This document shows positions 1 through 10,207 of a stretch of 64,000 nt of DNA, in pieces. The DNA is from an uncultured Pseudomonadota bacterium. Lineage in GTDB: Bacteria > Pseudomonadota > Alphaproteobacteria > RF32 > CAG-239. Made by a program: the position numbers and the translations under genes. The stretch is taken from contig CADAJN010000005.1 in NCBI GenBank assembly GCA_902788365.1, forward strand, positions 6,475 through 70,474, read 5' to 3'. Positions within the stretch are counted from its first letter, which is position 1. The number at the start of each line of letters is the position of its first letter. A model generated the notes under the pieces. The model was not told where the DNA came from. It saw nothing but the letters and a program-made list of their open reading frames with translations, and searched no databases.

Positions 1-1123
1 AGATTGGAAAAAATTGCAACAAGTCGCCCAAGAAGGTGTTTCCATGTTGGTTTGCGATTCCACCAATGTGATGGTAGATTCTAAAACCCCGACCGAAGCC
101 GAAGTGCGTGAAAGCCTGATTAAAATGATTCCGCAACTGGAAGGCGGCGTGATTGTTACTTGCTTTGCCTCTAACTTAATGCGCCTAGAGAGCCTGATTT
201 TGGCCGCCGAAGCAGCGCAAAGAACCCCTGTTGTGATGGGACGGGCGCTGATTACAAACATCAAAGTAGCCAAAGATTGCGGTTATCTGGCCGATTTACC
301 GCGCGTTTACAGCATTGAAGAGGCCAAAGACATTCCGGCCGACAAAGCACTATATATCTGCACCGGCTCGCAAGCCAATTATCGCAGCGCCATGACCACA
401 ATTGCCAACGGCGAAAGCAAATATATTAAACTGGATAAATCAGACACCATTATTTTTTCTTCTAAAATGATTCCGAAGAACGAAGAAAAAATTGAGCGTA
501 TGCAAGAAAAATTGATGCAACAAGGCGCAACCATCATCACCGACGAAACTGATTTGGTGCACGCTTCCGGACACGCCTGCCGCGATGATTTGAAAAAGAT
601 GTATGACTTGTTAAAACCGGCGATTGTGTTGCCGGTGCACGGTGATAAAAAATTCATTCGCGAGCACAAGCGCTTTGCGCTGGCGTGTGGTGTCAACGAG
701 GTGTTTTCGGCACGCAACGGCGATATGTGCCTGCTTAAAGATAATCATATTGAGTGCATTGAGCAAGTTTCTACCGATATTTTAGGTTGGGACAGAAACA
801 AACCGGTTTCGCTCGGCTCACAGCTTGTCCGCAACCGTCGTCGTATTGCCTTTAATTGCTCGCTTTACATCAGCGCGGTATTCAAAGGGCCGGAATTGTT
901 AGATTTGCAAATTTCTTCGGCAGATATTTTAGAAGAAGACGATTGGAATAAGCTGGCGGCAGAAATATTGGAAAAAGTGCGGCCGCTGATTGAGCGCAAA
1001 TGGGCCGAAAATATGAACAAGAGCCAAATTGAAGACGTTATTCGCGGACAAATCCGTCGCCGCGTTCACGCCGCTACCGATATCAAACCGGTAACATTTT
1101 TGCACACGTTTTATATGGAGTAA
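1..1123 (+). CDS. rnj: Ribonuclease J-like beta-CASP metallo-beta-lactamase nuclease (5' end outside window)
   Basis: The frame is open to the window edge, so the TTG at 14 is probably internal. It carries LVCDSTN, HASGHA and VLPVHGD motifs typical of the RNase J/beta-CASP family. Confidence 0.75.
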   Translation, partial: DWKKLQQVAQEGVSMLVCDSTNVMVDSKTPTEAEVRESLIKMIPQLEGGVIVTCFASNLMRLESLILAAEAAQRTPVVMGRALITNIKVAKDCGYLADLPRVYSIEEAKDIPADKALYICTGSQANYRSAMTTIANGESKYIKLDKSDTIIFSSKMIPKNEEKIERMQEKLMQQGATIITDETDLVHASGHACRDDLKKMYDLLKPAIVLPVHGDKKFIREHKRFALACGVNEVFSARNGDMCLLKDNHIECIEQVSTDILGWDRNKPVSLGSQLVRNRRRIAFNCSLYISAVFKGPELLDLQISSADILEEDDWNKLAAEILEKVRPLIERKWAENMNKSQIEDVIRGQIRRRVHAATDIKPVTFLHTFYME

Positions 1124-1133
1124 AAACATTAGC

Positions 1134-2108
1134 TTATTTTTTGCGACGTAACAAAAAATATTTTTGATGCATAAACGCCCAAGAAATAATTTGTTTGCCG
1201 AAACTCAACCGCTTTGGCTCATAATATCCGTTTTGTTGTAAATCTGCTAAATTGTTGCGCAGCAAATTGTAGCGCGGCGCATCTGGCAAGGGATTATAGC
1301 GCTGTAAATATTCATCAATATGCATACCGTAAGCATAGCGCGCCGCTATTTTACGCAAAAGTGTTTCATATTGCGGATATTTATTGCCCAGCTGGCAAAT
1401 AGCGATACATAAATCTTTATATTCTTGTATTCTGGCTTCGGATAAAGGCTTCATGGTCTGCGATGTTGGTATAATACGATAAGCAATTAACGGCTTGCGG
1501 CAAACAACGGCCTTGCGGCTTTTAAGCAGAACTTCAATGTTAAGCAAAATATCGTTAATAGACGGCAATTTTTCATCAAAACGAATATCATCAAAAATCT
1601 CTCGCCGATAAAGCTTGGTCCACATCAGGGTATCAATTTTCTTTTTATGCACGAATTTATCCTCAAAAGGCTGTGTGCTGATAATATCGGCGCAGGCCTC
1701 AACTTTTTCTGCGGCAAACTGATATTGATGTTCACTTTCAAAACGTAAATACGCACAACAACTGATATCTGCATTATGCGTTTCAATATTATGATATAAA
1801 ATTTCCAAATATTGCGGATGATATATATCATCATTATCCAAAAACGCGATATATCTTCCGGTCGCCAAATCCAACCCTTTATTTCGGCTGGCACTGCCGC
1901 CGGCATTAGATTGATGATGAATCTTAAAACGCGCATCTGCTGCGGCGAAATGCTCTAAAATTTGCATTGAACCGTCTGAAGAACCGTCATCAATGCAAAT
2001 TGCTTCAAAATCCTTAAACGTTTGCTGTTGCACCGATTGCAGCGTCATACTCAAATATTTTTCGGAATTATATACCGGAATAATAACAGAAATAAGCGGA
2101 CCAGACAT
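1134..2108 (-). CDS. Glycosyltransferase family 2
   Basis: N-terminal ISVIIPVYNSEKYL...DDGSSDGS and a DNDD motif indicate a GT-A fold. Its start overlaps the stop of the upstream GT4 gene by 1 nt, which suggests an operon. Confidence 0.8.
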   Translation of the reverse strand: MSGPLISVIIPVYNSEKYLSMTLQSVQQQTFKDFEAICIDDGSSDGSMQILEHFAAADARFKIHHQSNAGGSASRNKGLDLATGRYIAFLDNDDIYHPQYLEILYHNIETHNADISCCAYLRFESEHQYQFAAEKVEACADIISTQPFEDKFVHKKKIDTLMWTKLYRREIFDDIRFDEKLPSINDILLNIEVLLKSRKAVVCRKPLIAYRIIPTSQTMKPLSEARIQEYKDLCIAICQLGNKYPQYETLLRKIAARYAYGMHIDEYLQRYNPLPDAPRYNLLRNNLADLQQNGYYEPKRLSFGKQIISWAFMHQKYFLLRRKK

Positions 2109-3169
2109 TAGTTTCCTTTCTTGTCAGATAAAAAATTTTTAAGCGCATTATTAAGTTTATCAGCCACCACTTCCAAAGAATAGTTTTGCACGCATAACTG
2201 ATAGCCGTTATAAGATTTTTGCGCCGCTTGCTGCTGATTTGTAACAGCCTCCTTCATTTGCTTTGCCATACCGTCAATATCTTCAACTGCAAATAAATAA
2301 GCCGCCTCATTATGCTTTGCAAAAATCTCCGTCGGACCTTCCGCCAATGAAGATACAACAGGTTTACCATACAACATCGCTTCCAATAAAACTATACCGA
2401 AAGGCTCAAAACGCGACGGCAAAACAAACACATCTATACTGTTGAAGAACTCTGTTTTATCGTTCACCCAACCGATTAAAGATATCTCTTTTTGCATATT
2501 ATTTTGTTCAATCATACGGCAGATTTTTTCATACTCACTCCGGTAAGCAGATTGCACTCCGCCCCCGATAATCGCCTTAAAAACTACTCCTTGTTGTTTT
2601 AATTTGACCAACGCCATCACAAAATCCGGAAAGCCCTTCATCGGATCAAAACGCCCCATTGTGCCGATAACCGGCGGCCGATGAAATTGCGGTTGTTCAT
2701 AGGCACGCTTTTGGCTGATTAAATTTGGTATGGTATATATATTTTGTGCCGGATAACCTTTTTTAATGAAAATATTGCGCTGATAATCGGTAATGGTGAA
2801 AATACCGTCGCATTTATTAACGTGCTTAAATTTCGGATTATGCGAAACCGCCACAATTTTACATTTCAGTAGTTTGGCTACCATCTTAAAAATATTGATG
2901 GCTTTTTTATTGTGCACAATAATCACATCCGGCGCAAAATCTTTTAATCGCCAATACAAATAAAAAGCCAATAAGTAATTATAATGCACAAATGGTATTT
3001 GTTCAATGCGCTCCGGATGCAAATTTTGCAAAGTATCCAATATTTGACATTTGCGGCTGACAACCGCGCAAACTTCATGCCGATGCAACTTCAGCGCTTG
3101 CGTATAATCTAAAAAAGCCTGCTCAATGCCGCCCAATGACTTACTGATCATAACATTGACAATACGCAT
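2108..3169 (-). CDS. Glycosyltransferase family 4 (GT-B)
   Basis: C-terminal EPFGIVLLEAMLYGKPVVSS (E-x7-E region). I prefer the ATG at 3169 (MRIVNVMI...) because it is preceded by GGAGA and lies 1 nt after the upstream stop. The track start at 3190 is also possible. Confidence 0.8.
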   Translation of the reverse strand: MRIVNVMISKSLGGIEQAFLDYTQALKLHRHEVCAVVSRKCQILDTLQNLHPERIEQIPFVHYNYLLAFYLYWRLKDFAPDVIIVHNKKAINIFKMVAKLLKCKIVAVSHNPKFKHVNKCDGIFTITDYQRNIFIKKGYPAQNIYTIPNLISQKRAYEQPQFHRPPVIGTMGRFDPMKGFPDFVMALVKLKQQGVVFKAIIGGGVQSAYRSEYEKICRMIEQNNMQKEISLIGWVNDKTEFFNSIDVFVLPSRFEPFGIVLLEAMLYGKPVVSSLAEGPTEIFAKHNEAAYLFAVEDIDGMAKQMKEAVTNQQQAAQKSYNGYQLCVQNYSLEVVADKLNNALKNFLSDKKGN

Positions 3170-3170
3170 A

Positions 3171-4088
3171 TCAGTTCTCCAATTTGCCATCTAATAAATA
3201 TTGTAAAAATGAATTTTCCGTCGGTTCTTTTTTATATTTCCAACTAAGCTTATGAATTGAGGTTTGCGCCTTGATATCCGCCCATTTTTGCGGCGAATAA
3301 ACATCAAAAAACGCCTCTTCCAGCGCATAACAATCATCATAAATCAACGGTGCGTTTTGCCACATAGTCGCGCAAGCTTGGTTTTCTTCAACCACCAAAT
3401 CAAACACCAAATAAAACACAAAATAGTTGATAACTTTATTTTCATATTTCCAATATTCAAGCATCGTTTTCTGTAACATGCCAATCAACACATTATCTTT
3501 GGCTGCTTTCAAAAACCAATTCTGCCCATGATAAAGCTCACAACCGTGAAAAGCAAAAAACGGCGCATCAGTAATTACTTCGGGCAACGGTGCCGTTAAA
3601 AACACCGTGGCATCCATCCAAAAACCGCCGTATTTGGCCAGCAACGACACCCGTAAAATATCCGACAAATGTGTGCGCGAAATATAGCCTTTTTTATGTT
3701 TTTGTATGATATAATCGGGCAGTTCAACATAGTCCTTCATATTATCAAACGTAATAACACGCACTTCATAATCTGGGCAATATCGGCGCATTGATTCAAT
3801 ACAACGCTTTACCACCGGCGGCATATTTTGCGTTCCCTGCCACCAACATGTCCAAATAATTTTCGGCATATTTGCTGTTTCGGCCGTCATATTGTCTGAT
3901 TTCAGCACATCAGATAAATAACGCTTCAAATATGCTTTTTCTATGTTATATCGTGCTTGTTTAAACTTTGTTTTGCGCACAATTTTATTTTTATAGCGCA
4001 TGGCTGTCCACAATCTCAGCCACAGCACATAAATTTTAACCAGCAAAAAATTGACACGACGAATAAATAGCATAACAAATTTCTTCAT
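3171..4088 (-). CDS. Capsular-polysaccharide-synthesis / OCH1-like (DXD sugar transferase) protein
   Basis: IIWTCWWQG...PPVVKRCIESM...DILRVSLLAKYGGFWMDATV resembles the Caps_synth/Gly_transf_sug families. The start at 4088 (MKKFVML) has a GAGG RBS; the track start is 4124. Confidence 0.6.
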   Translation of the reverse strand: MKKFVMLFIRRVNFLLVKIYVLWLRLWTAMRYKNKIVRKTKFKQARYNIEKAYLKRYLSDVLKSDNMTAETANMPKIIWTCWWQGTQNMPPVVKRCIESMRRYCPDYEVRVITFDNMKDYVELPDYIIQKHKKGYISRTHLSDILRVSLLAKYGGFWMDATVFLTAPLPEVITDAPFFAFHGCELYHGQNWFLKAAKDNVLIGMLQKTMLEYWKYENKVINYFVFYLVFDLVVEENQACATMWQNAPLIYDDCYALEEAFFDVYSPQKWADIKAQTSIHKLSWKYKKEPTENSFLQYLLDGKLEN

Positions 4089-4207
4089 TTGAACCTCTGT
4101 TCTCTTTTTATTAATGATATGCAAAATATTTGAAATAACAAGCTAATTCGTATTTCTTATGCCAAAATGTGAAAAATTCGGTAAAATTGGCTCTTAGCCA
4201 TTGTCTT

Positions 4208-4250
4208 AAAAAAAACTAAAACCGGTCAGCCACATCAGGGCTACCGGTTT
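4208..4250 (-). terminator. Rho-independent terminator after the 4256-5476 gene
   Basis: On the minus strand, AAACCGGT...ACCGGTTT forms a stem and is followed by a T8 run. Confidence 0.55.
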
Positions 4251-4255
4251 GTAGT

Positions 4256-5476
4256 TTATTGAAACGCATCAAGCTTTTCCGAAATGTAATAGCAAGTGCG
4301 CAGGTTGTTTTGCAAAAAGTGCATTTGCCGTTGAAAATTTCCATTCAGCGCCAACCACGGCTTTTCCTTAAATGCCCGCATCAAGCGTAAAATACCTTGC
4401 TTTGTGGCACTCAAACGCTGATTGAGCACTTGCAGTTCTTCAACTTGCTTCAAGTCATCCACAAACTCTACCGTATAGAGCCAACCCTTGTGATATCTGA
4501 TAAAATCCGGCAGAGAATTGTGCAATTCATCTTCGGGAAATTTTTCAATATACACATGAGCATACAGCGGATTGCCGCGCCGCACATCAATCACACAGCG
4601 ATCTAAAGGATCCACATAGACAGCATTGTGCGACAAATTCAGCACTTCTGCCGCTTCGTCATCGTCATCGTCGTCGCCGGAACCGATTTGCCGAGCCTTC
4701 AAATTCTGCAATTCTTGCAAATCATCATGCTCAATCTGCAACCTGTCTTCCACACAAGCAAAGATATTGCTTCCGGGCACGGTTTTCTGCAAATCTTCCT
4801 CCGAAAAGAAAAACGGCGAATAATAAGTAAACGCCTGACATTCCTTCTCATCAGAGGTTAGCTTTGTTTCGGGTGTTTGTGCGGTTTTCAGCGCTTTTAC
4901 AATACCCTCCACACCGCATTTTGCCACAAACATATCCACCAATTCGCGATAGTTCATATACGCAGTGGTTTCGCCAAAGCGCATAGCATACGAAGTTTCC
5001 AGAATCAGCGACAAATTGCGCTTGAGCACATTCTGCTTACGAGCCATATCGGCAAAAATTCCGGCATATTTGGCATCCAGCTCATTAACCAACGCCAATA
5101 TGTCAAAATCGTTAATCAACGCCACACAATAAGCATCAACAATGCTCTCCTTATTAAGCACTTCAACCGCCATGTTCAGCTCGGTCTTGAAAATTTGTGC
5201 CACAAAGTCATATTGCCACGACATTGGCCGACAATACTGAAAATCATTTATAAGTTTCTCAAATTTGTCGTATCCGTCATCAACAAAATCCACCACATTC
5301 CACATATCTTCCACATCATCTTCATTGTGGCAAAGCTTAATCAACTCAGCGGCCTCAACTTCCATTTCGGAATCAAGCGGCGAAAGATTAAACTTAGCTA
5401 AATAAAAATGACTGAAAAACCTTTGCCAAAGCCATGTTTTGTGCTTTAGACATTCTCGTAACTTGCCTTTATCCAT
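4256..5476 (-). CDS. Hypothetical acidic protein (406 aa) with a D6 tract
   Basis: A long ORF with host-like codon usage, its own terminator, and the internal tract GSGDDDDDDEAAE. I recognise no domain. Confidence 0.6.
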   Translation of the reverse strand: MDKGKLRECLKHKTWLWQRFFSHFYLAKFNLSPLDSEMEVEAAELIKLCHNEDDVEDMWNVVDFVDDGYDKFEKLINDFQYCRPMSWQYDFVAQIFKTELNMAVEVLNKESIVDAYCVALINDFDILALVNELDAKYAGIFADMARKQNVLKRNLSLILETSYAMRFGETTAYMNYRELVDMFVAKCGVEGIVKALKTAQTPETKLTSDEKECQAFTYYSPFFFSEEDLQKTVPGSNIFACVEDRLQIEHDDLQELQNLKARQIGSGDDDDDDEAAEVLNLSHNAVYVDPLDRCVIDVRRGNPLYAHVYIEKFPEDELHNSLPDFIRYHKGWLYTVEFVDDLKQVEELQVLNQRLSATKQGILRLMRAFKEKPWLALNGNFQRQMHFLQNNLRTCYYISEKLDAFQ

Positions 5477-5763
5477 AATAAAAGAGAATTAATTGTTCAA
5501 CCTTAAAAATACTAAAATCAGTGTTATTTAAGCATAAAAACGACAAAAAGTCTACAAAAAAATTATTTTTTTGTATTTTGTGACAAAAAATGCTTGATTT
5601 TTTGTGCAAATTGATTATACTGATAAATGAATTCTAATTATTTTATAGTGGTTATGATGTGAATTATTAGCGGCAATACAAAATCTTTTACATAAAAAAG
5701 GATTAAGCCCTAGGAAAAAATACATCATAACATATTCCAAGTATTCACTAATATTTATGCTAT

Positions 5764-6435
5764 ATGTTTAAGCGTTCTTTTTTCCTCATCATTGCAGCGA
5801 CAGCTGTTTTGATAGGCGCAACTTCCTGCGACAAGGATTTTTTGACTGATGAAGACAGGTTTATCAAAACCCAAATGAAGTATTTCAAGTTCGCCGGTGA
5901 GAATACAATTACCATCTATGAAAGAAAAGGTGGTAATTTGTATGAGATAGAACAACGCGAGGTTAACTTTACATTAACTCCGGCGTTGGTACTCTTTCCT
6001 CTAAAATATATTACCGAACCACTTACATTTGCCGAAGGAGAAACCGGTATAAGGGAAATTCCTTTCGGTAAAATGTATAATGACAGTATAGATTTTACGG
6101 AGGCAAATAATGTTGAGCTCACATTTAAGTTCAATGCATTTGAGCAAAGCATTAACTTCTCAGGCTACAACTTGAATCAAGATAGCATCTTTCTGTATCC
6201 GCTGGACGACTTTATTCTAACAGCGGAATTGCAAACTCTCAAGAAAGTTGATGTGCCCTTTTACCAAAAGGTGCAGATAACCTACAGGTTGGTCACAGAT
6301 TCAGAAATTGTGGTAACAAAAACCACTCAAGAGCTGAATTTAGGCACCAAACCGGAAGACGAAAATTCATCAACCCCCTCCGACGAAACAAATAACAATG
6401 GAGGCGAATCTGAAGGTGAAGGCGCCAATGTTTAA
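5764..6435 (+). CDS. Putative lipoprotein (223 aa)
   Basis: Signal peptide ending LIGATS-C (lipobox-like) and an acidic, low-complexity C-terminus. Its codon usage (AAG, AGG, ATA, GGT) differs from the neighbouring genes. Confidence 0.55.
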   Translation: MFKRSFFLIIAATAVLIGATSCDKDFLTDEDRFIKTQMKYFKFAGENTITIYERKGGNLYEIEQREVNFTLTPALVLFPLKYITEPLTFAEGETGIREIPFGKMYNDSIDFTEANNVELTFKFNAFEQSINFSGYNLNQDSIFLYPLDDFILTAELQTLKKVDVPFYQKVQITYRLVTDSEIVVTKTTQELNLGTKPEDENSSTPSDETNNNGGESEGEGANV

Positions 6436-6452
6436 TTTTTAATTATTTTTTT

Positions 6453-8174
6453 ATGAAACGGATTTTTCTTTTATTGCTAACGGCAATTGTGGCAATGGTT
6501 GCACAGGCGCAAACCTGTAAAATCAGCGCCAATAAAAATAACGGCAAAGTTATCCAGATTTCAGTAAATCTGGATAGTTTGAAGGGGCAAACCTTGGTAA
6601 CCACCATAAACCATCAGCAGGGCGGCAACGTCAATGTGCAGATGGCTTACGAGGATACCAATGCGGCTCTGCCCGTTGATGAACTGCGTGAAGACAGTAG
6701 CGCAGTCGCAGTTGCCGAAAATAATCCAAAATCGGATGCAACAGCGTCAAATCTTGTTGCTACAGCTGATGAGGTCAACGCAGATACCAGCGCCGAACAA
6801 ACCCCTGAGGAAACTCCCGAAGATACTCCGGCTGAAAATGCCGAAGGCTCGGGCTCTTTGATGCAGTCTTTAACCAACGCCGTCGGAATTGGGGAAATTG
6901 CTTCCCTGATTGGTGCTTTTACACACACCAACGGCGAGGCATACTCTGAGTATGCCGAAAACTTTATAGTGGCCGATACAACCAAGTATCAGCCGATCTA
7001 TAAACCACGTAAGTGGAAATGGCTGAAAAACTGCAAGAGTTACTTAACGGCTGAATTTTCCGGTATATTCGGTAAGGATTTCGGTGACAGCGACAACAGC
7101 CAAGAAGCCGAAAAAATAACGTCAGATGACTATGGGACAGATCCTGAAAATGAATTCAATTATGGTGTGAGTGCCAAAATATCTCAGGTATTCGTCCCCG
7201 GATTCTATGACGAAAATGGCAAATTCACTCCTAATCGTTTGAATTTTGCATGGTCATTAGGAGCTCTTTTTGCCATGGACTGGCAAAAAGACTTTGGCTG
7301 GTCTTATGACTTCCTTGCCAAAGTGGGAATTCAGGCCGGTGAAGGTATAACACTTGGTGTTGACGGCTTAATTGGCACCGGAATTACTCCGTATGCCATT
7401 TACAGCACAAACAGTTTGGATCACCGCGTGATTGTCCATAATCAGTGGTGTTTCAAATATGGTTTACAGGCTTGGCTGAGTATGAACTACGGCGGTAGCA
7501 CATACACGTCACTGTTTGCACGAATTGTGCATTCAGTTGCGCCTTCGTCGGTGTATAATCACCCGACTGCAAAAGGTTGGGAAAACACCTTCGTTGACTT
7601 TGATAACGGCTCATGGCAGGTTGGTTTCGCTGTTGGCTATACATTCGGCCACCACGAAACACTCAAAGACAAGCGCTTGATAGCCACGCTCAGCACCGGT
7701 GTTAACCTGATTGAAAAAAATCACGAAGCCGAAGCGTTGATTGAGCTTGAAAAGTTCAACAATGTTTCGTCAACTCTTGATTTCATCTATGGCCTAGGTT
7801 ACGGTTCATCGTTGGGTAAAAACAAGCTGCAGAGTTTCACGCTTGGTGGCGGTTGGCGCAAAAAGTTTTCAACCAACTTCTCTGCTTTGGCAAAAATGTA
7901 TGCCGGAATCGGAGAATATATGATTGAAAAGCACATAGCAGACAGAGAGCACCTCTTTAATATGACCAACGCCGAAGTCAAACAGCTCTGCCTGAAAGCC
8001 GGCTTACAACTTAGCGCCGGATATCAGCTTGGTTGCTGGAACTTAAGTGTTGGTTTAAGGGGAGGCTATCACTTCGGCAAACAACCTGCTACAGAGGGTT
8101 ATTCCACTGTAGAATACAAAGGCTTACGAGGTTTTGAGCTGATGCCCACATTTGGAGCCAGTATTAACTTCTAA
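6453..8174 (+). CDS. Putative outer-membrane beta-barrel protein (573 aa)
   Basis: Signal peptide MKRIFLLLLTAIVAMVAQAQ, an acidic E/P/T-rich linker, G/Y/F-rich alternating segments and a C-terminal ...GASINF (terminal Phe). It lies 17 nt after the lipoprotein gene. Confidence 0.55.
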   Translation: MKRIFLLLLTAIVAMVAQAQTCKISANKNNGKVIQISVNLDSLKGQTLVTTINHQQGGNVNVQMAYEDTNAALPVDELREDSSAVAVAENNPKSDATASNLVATADEVNADTSAEQTPEETPEDTPAENAEGSGSLMQSLTNAVGIGEIASLIGAFTHTNGEAYSEYAENFIVADTTKYQPIYKPRKWKWLKNCKSYLTAEFSGIFGKDFGDSDNSQEAEKITSDDYGTDPENEFNYGVSAKISQVFVPGFYDENGKFTPNRLNFAWSLGALFAMDWQKDFGWSYDFLAKVGIQAGEGITLGVDGLIGTGITPYAIYSTNSLDHRVIVHNQWCFKYGLQAWLSMNYGGSTYTSLFARIVHSVAPSSVYNHPTAKGWENTFVDFDNGSWQVGFAVGYTFGHHETLKDKRLIATLSTGVNLIEKNHEAEALIELEKFNNVSSTLDFIYGLGYGSSLGKNKLQSFTLGGGWRKKFSTNFSALAKMYAGIGEYMIEKHIADREHLFNMTNAEVKQLCLKAGLQLSAGYQLGCWNLSVGLRGGYHFGKQPATEGYSTVEYKGLRGFELMPTFGASINF

Positions 8175-8180
8175 CCTAAT

Positions 8181-8219
8181 AAAAAAAGACAGGCACTTTA
8201 AAGTGTCTGTCTTTTTTTT
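8181..8219. terminator. Bidirectional rho-independent terminator
   Basis: A7-AGACAGGCAC-tttaaa-GTGTCTGTCT-T8, located between the convergent OMP gene and thrS. Confidence 0.7.
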
Positions 8220-8246
8220 GACCTAATCCCGCAAACTTTTCAGCTG

Positions 8247-10178
8247 TTATTCAAAACGGTGCGGCATTTCTGTCTCTTTTTGCATTTGCGCCACAAAATC
8301 GGCCAAAGACATTGTCTCTTGCTTTTCAGTGCCCAACCGACGAACGGTTACCGTGCGATTTTCTTTTTCTTTAGCACCAACCACCACAATCACTGGCACT
8401 TTAGCCAATGAATGTTCACGCACTTTGTAGTTAATTTTCTCATTGCGTAAATCGGTTTCGGCACGAACACCTATTTTATCAAGCTCGGCCGCCACTTCCT
8501 TGGCATAGCCGTCAAATTCGCTGACAATCGGCGCCACCACAACCGGCAACGGCGACAACCACAACGGAAGTTTACCGGCATGATGCTCAATCAAAATACC
8601 CAAAAAGCGCTCAATTGAACCGAACAACGCACGGTGCAACATCACCGGCTGATGTTTTTCGCCGTCTTCGCCGATATATGAAATATCAAAACGTTGCGGC
8701 AAATTCATATCCACCTGAATGGTGCCGCATTGCCATTCGCGCCCGATGGCATCTTTCAAAATAAATTCCAGCTTAGGTCCGTAAAAAGCCCCCTCTCCCG
8801 GATTTATTTCATATTCATAGCCATGTTTTTCCAAAGCATGCGCCAGTGAGCTTTCGCACAAATCCCAAATTTCATCGCTGCCGATACGATAAATGCTATC
8901 CGGCCGCGTTGACAGATAAATTTTAATATTATCAAAGCCGAAATCTTTATAAATATCAAAAATCAGCTTCATCGTATTGATGCATTCTTCTTCCATTTGT
9001 TCCGGCGTGCAGAAAATGTGCGCATCATCTTGGGTAAATTCACGCACACGCATCAATCCCATCAACGCACCCGAGGCTTCATAGCGGTTAACCATACCAA
9101 ATTCGGCCATGCGCAGCGGCAAATCGCGATATGACTTCACACCTTGCTTATACACCAACAAACCACCCGGACAGTTCATCGGCTTCACGCAAAACATACT
9201 TCCGTCTTCCATCTTGCCGGAATAGTTGTGTGCACCATATTTATCCCAGTGACCGGAAATTTCCCACAATACACGATTCATAATACGCGGTGTGGCAATT
9301 TCCTGATATCCGTTATGTTCTTGGCGATTACGCATATATTCAATCAGCTTGCGATATACGCGATAACCTTTATCATGCCAAAAAACCGCACCCGGTGCAT
9401 ATTCCGGTTCAAAGTGGAACAAATCCATTTCTTTACCGAGTTTACGGTGGTCGCGTTTAGCCGCTTCTTCCATCATGGTAATATAGGCATCCAAGTCCTT
9501 TTTATTGGCCCAAGCCGTTGCATAAATACGTTGCAACATTTCGTTATTTGAATCGCCGCGCCAATAAGCACCGGCCACCTTCATCAGCTTAAACGCATCT
9601 CCAACCTTTGCGGTTGACGGCACATGCGGTCCGCGACACAAATCGGTATAGTTACCCTGCCGATAAAGTGTAATTGTTTCATCTTCCGGCAAATCCTCAA
9701 TAATTTGCACTTTATAGGTTTCGCCCTTATCCTTAAAGAACTTAATGGCTTCACTACGCGGCATCACAATGCGCTCAATTTTTTCATCACGCTTCACAAT
9801 TTCATGCATTTTGGCTTCAATCAGCGCAAAATCTTCGGTTGTAAACGGTTCTTTACGCGCAAAATCGTAATAGAAACCGTTATCAATAGCCGGACCTATG
9901 GTCACTTGCGTATTCGGCCAAATTTCCTGCACGGCTTCAGCCATAATATGAGCACAGGAGTGACGCAATATATGTAAACCGTCCGCGTCTTTGGCGGTGA
10001 TAATAGTGAGTGTAGAATCTGTTGTTATCGGAGTTATTAAATCTTGCAAAGTATCATTTACTTTAACGGCCAACGCCGCCTTTGCTAAACCTGAACTGAT
10101 TTTCTCGGCAATTTCCAAACCGGAAACACCGTCTTTTTCTTCTAATATACTGCCATCAGGCAATTTAATTTTAATCAT
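8247..10178 (-). CDS. thrS: Threonyl-tRNA synthetase
   Basis: 643 aa with a TGS-domain N-terminus (MIKIKLPDGS...), an HSCAH editing motif, class II core motifs and an anticodon-binding C-terminus. Confidence 0.95.
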   Translation of the reverse strand: MIKIKLPDGSILEEKDGVSGLEIAEKISSGLAKAALAVKVNDTLQDLITPITTDSTLTIITAKDADGLHILRHSCAHIMAEAVQEIWPNTQVTIGPAIDNGFYYDFARKEPFTTEDFALIEAKMHEIVKRDEKIERIVMPRSEAIKFFKDKGETYKVQIIEDLPEDETITLYRQGNYTDLCRGPHVPSTAKVGDAFKLMKVAGAYWRGDSNNEMLQRIYATAWANKKDLDAYITMMEEAAKRDHRKLGKEMDLFHFEPEYAPGAVFWHDKGYRVYRKLIEYMRNRQEHNGYQEIATPRIMNRVLWEISGHWDKYGAHNYSGKMEDGSMFCVKPMNCPGGLLVYKQGVKSYRDLPLRMAEFGMVNRYEASGALMGLMRVREFTQDDAHIFCTPEQMEEECINTMKLIFDIYKDFGFDNIKIYLSTRPDSIYRIGSDEIWDLCESSLAHALEKHGYEYEINPGEGAFYGPKLEFILKDAIGREWQCGTIQVDMNLPQRFDISYIGEDGEKHQPVMLHRALFGSIERFLGILIEHHAGKLPLWLSPLPVVVAPIVSEFDGYAKEVAAELDKIGVRAETDLRNEKINYKVREHSLAKVPVIVVVGAKEKENRTVTVRRLGTEKQETMSLADFVAQMQKETEMPHRFE

Positions 10179-10207
10179 TTTTCTACCTCTTCACTATTAA
10201 GAAAATT

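Noticed and set aside
4650-4685. The GAC/GAT run encoding the Asp6 tract, considered as a phase-variable simple-sequence repeat.
   Set aside because: It is an imperfect trinucleotide run, so slippage would keep the frame. That is not a typical on/off contingency tract.
4877-5401. A 174-aa antisense ORF inside the acidic orphan gene. Similar antisense ORFs occur inside thrS (9144-9551, 9624-9977), parC (12979-13335), uvrB (52919-53425, 54322-54888) and mfd (37110-37466).
   Set aside because: They lie opposite strongly supported genes, lack RBSs and have odd composition. They are typical shadow ORFs.
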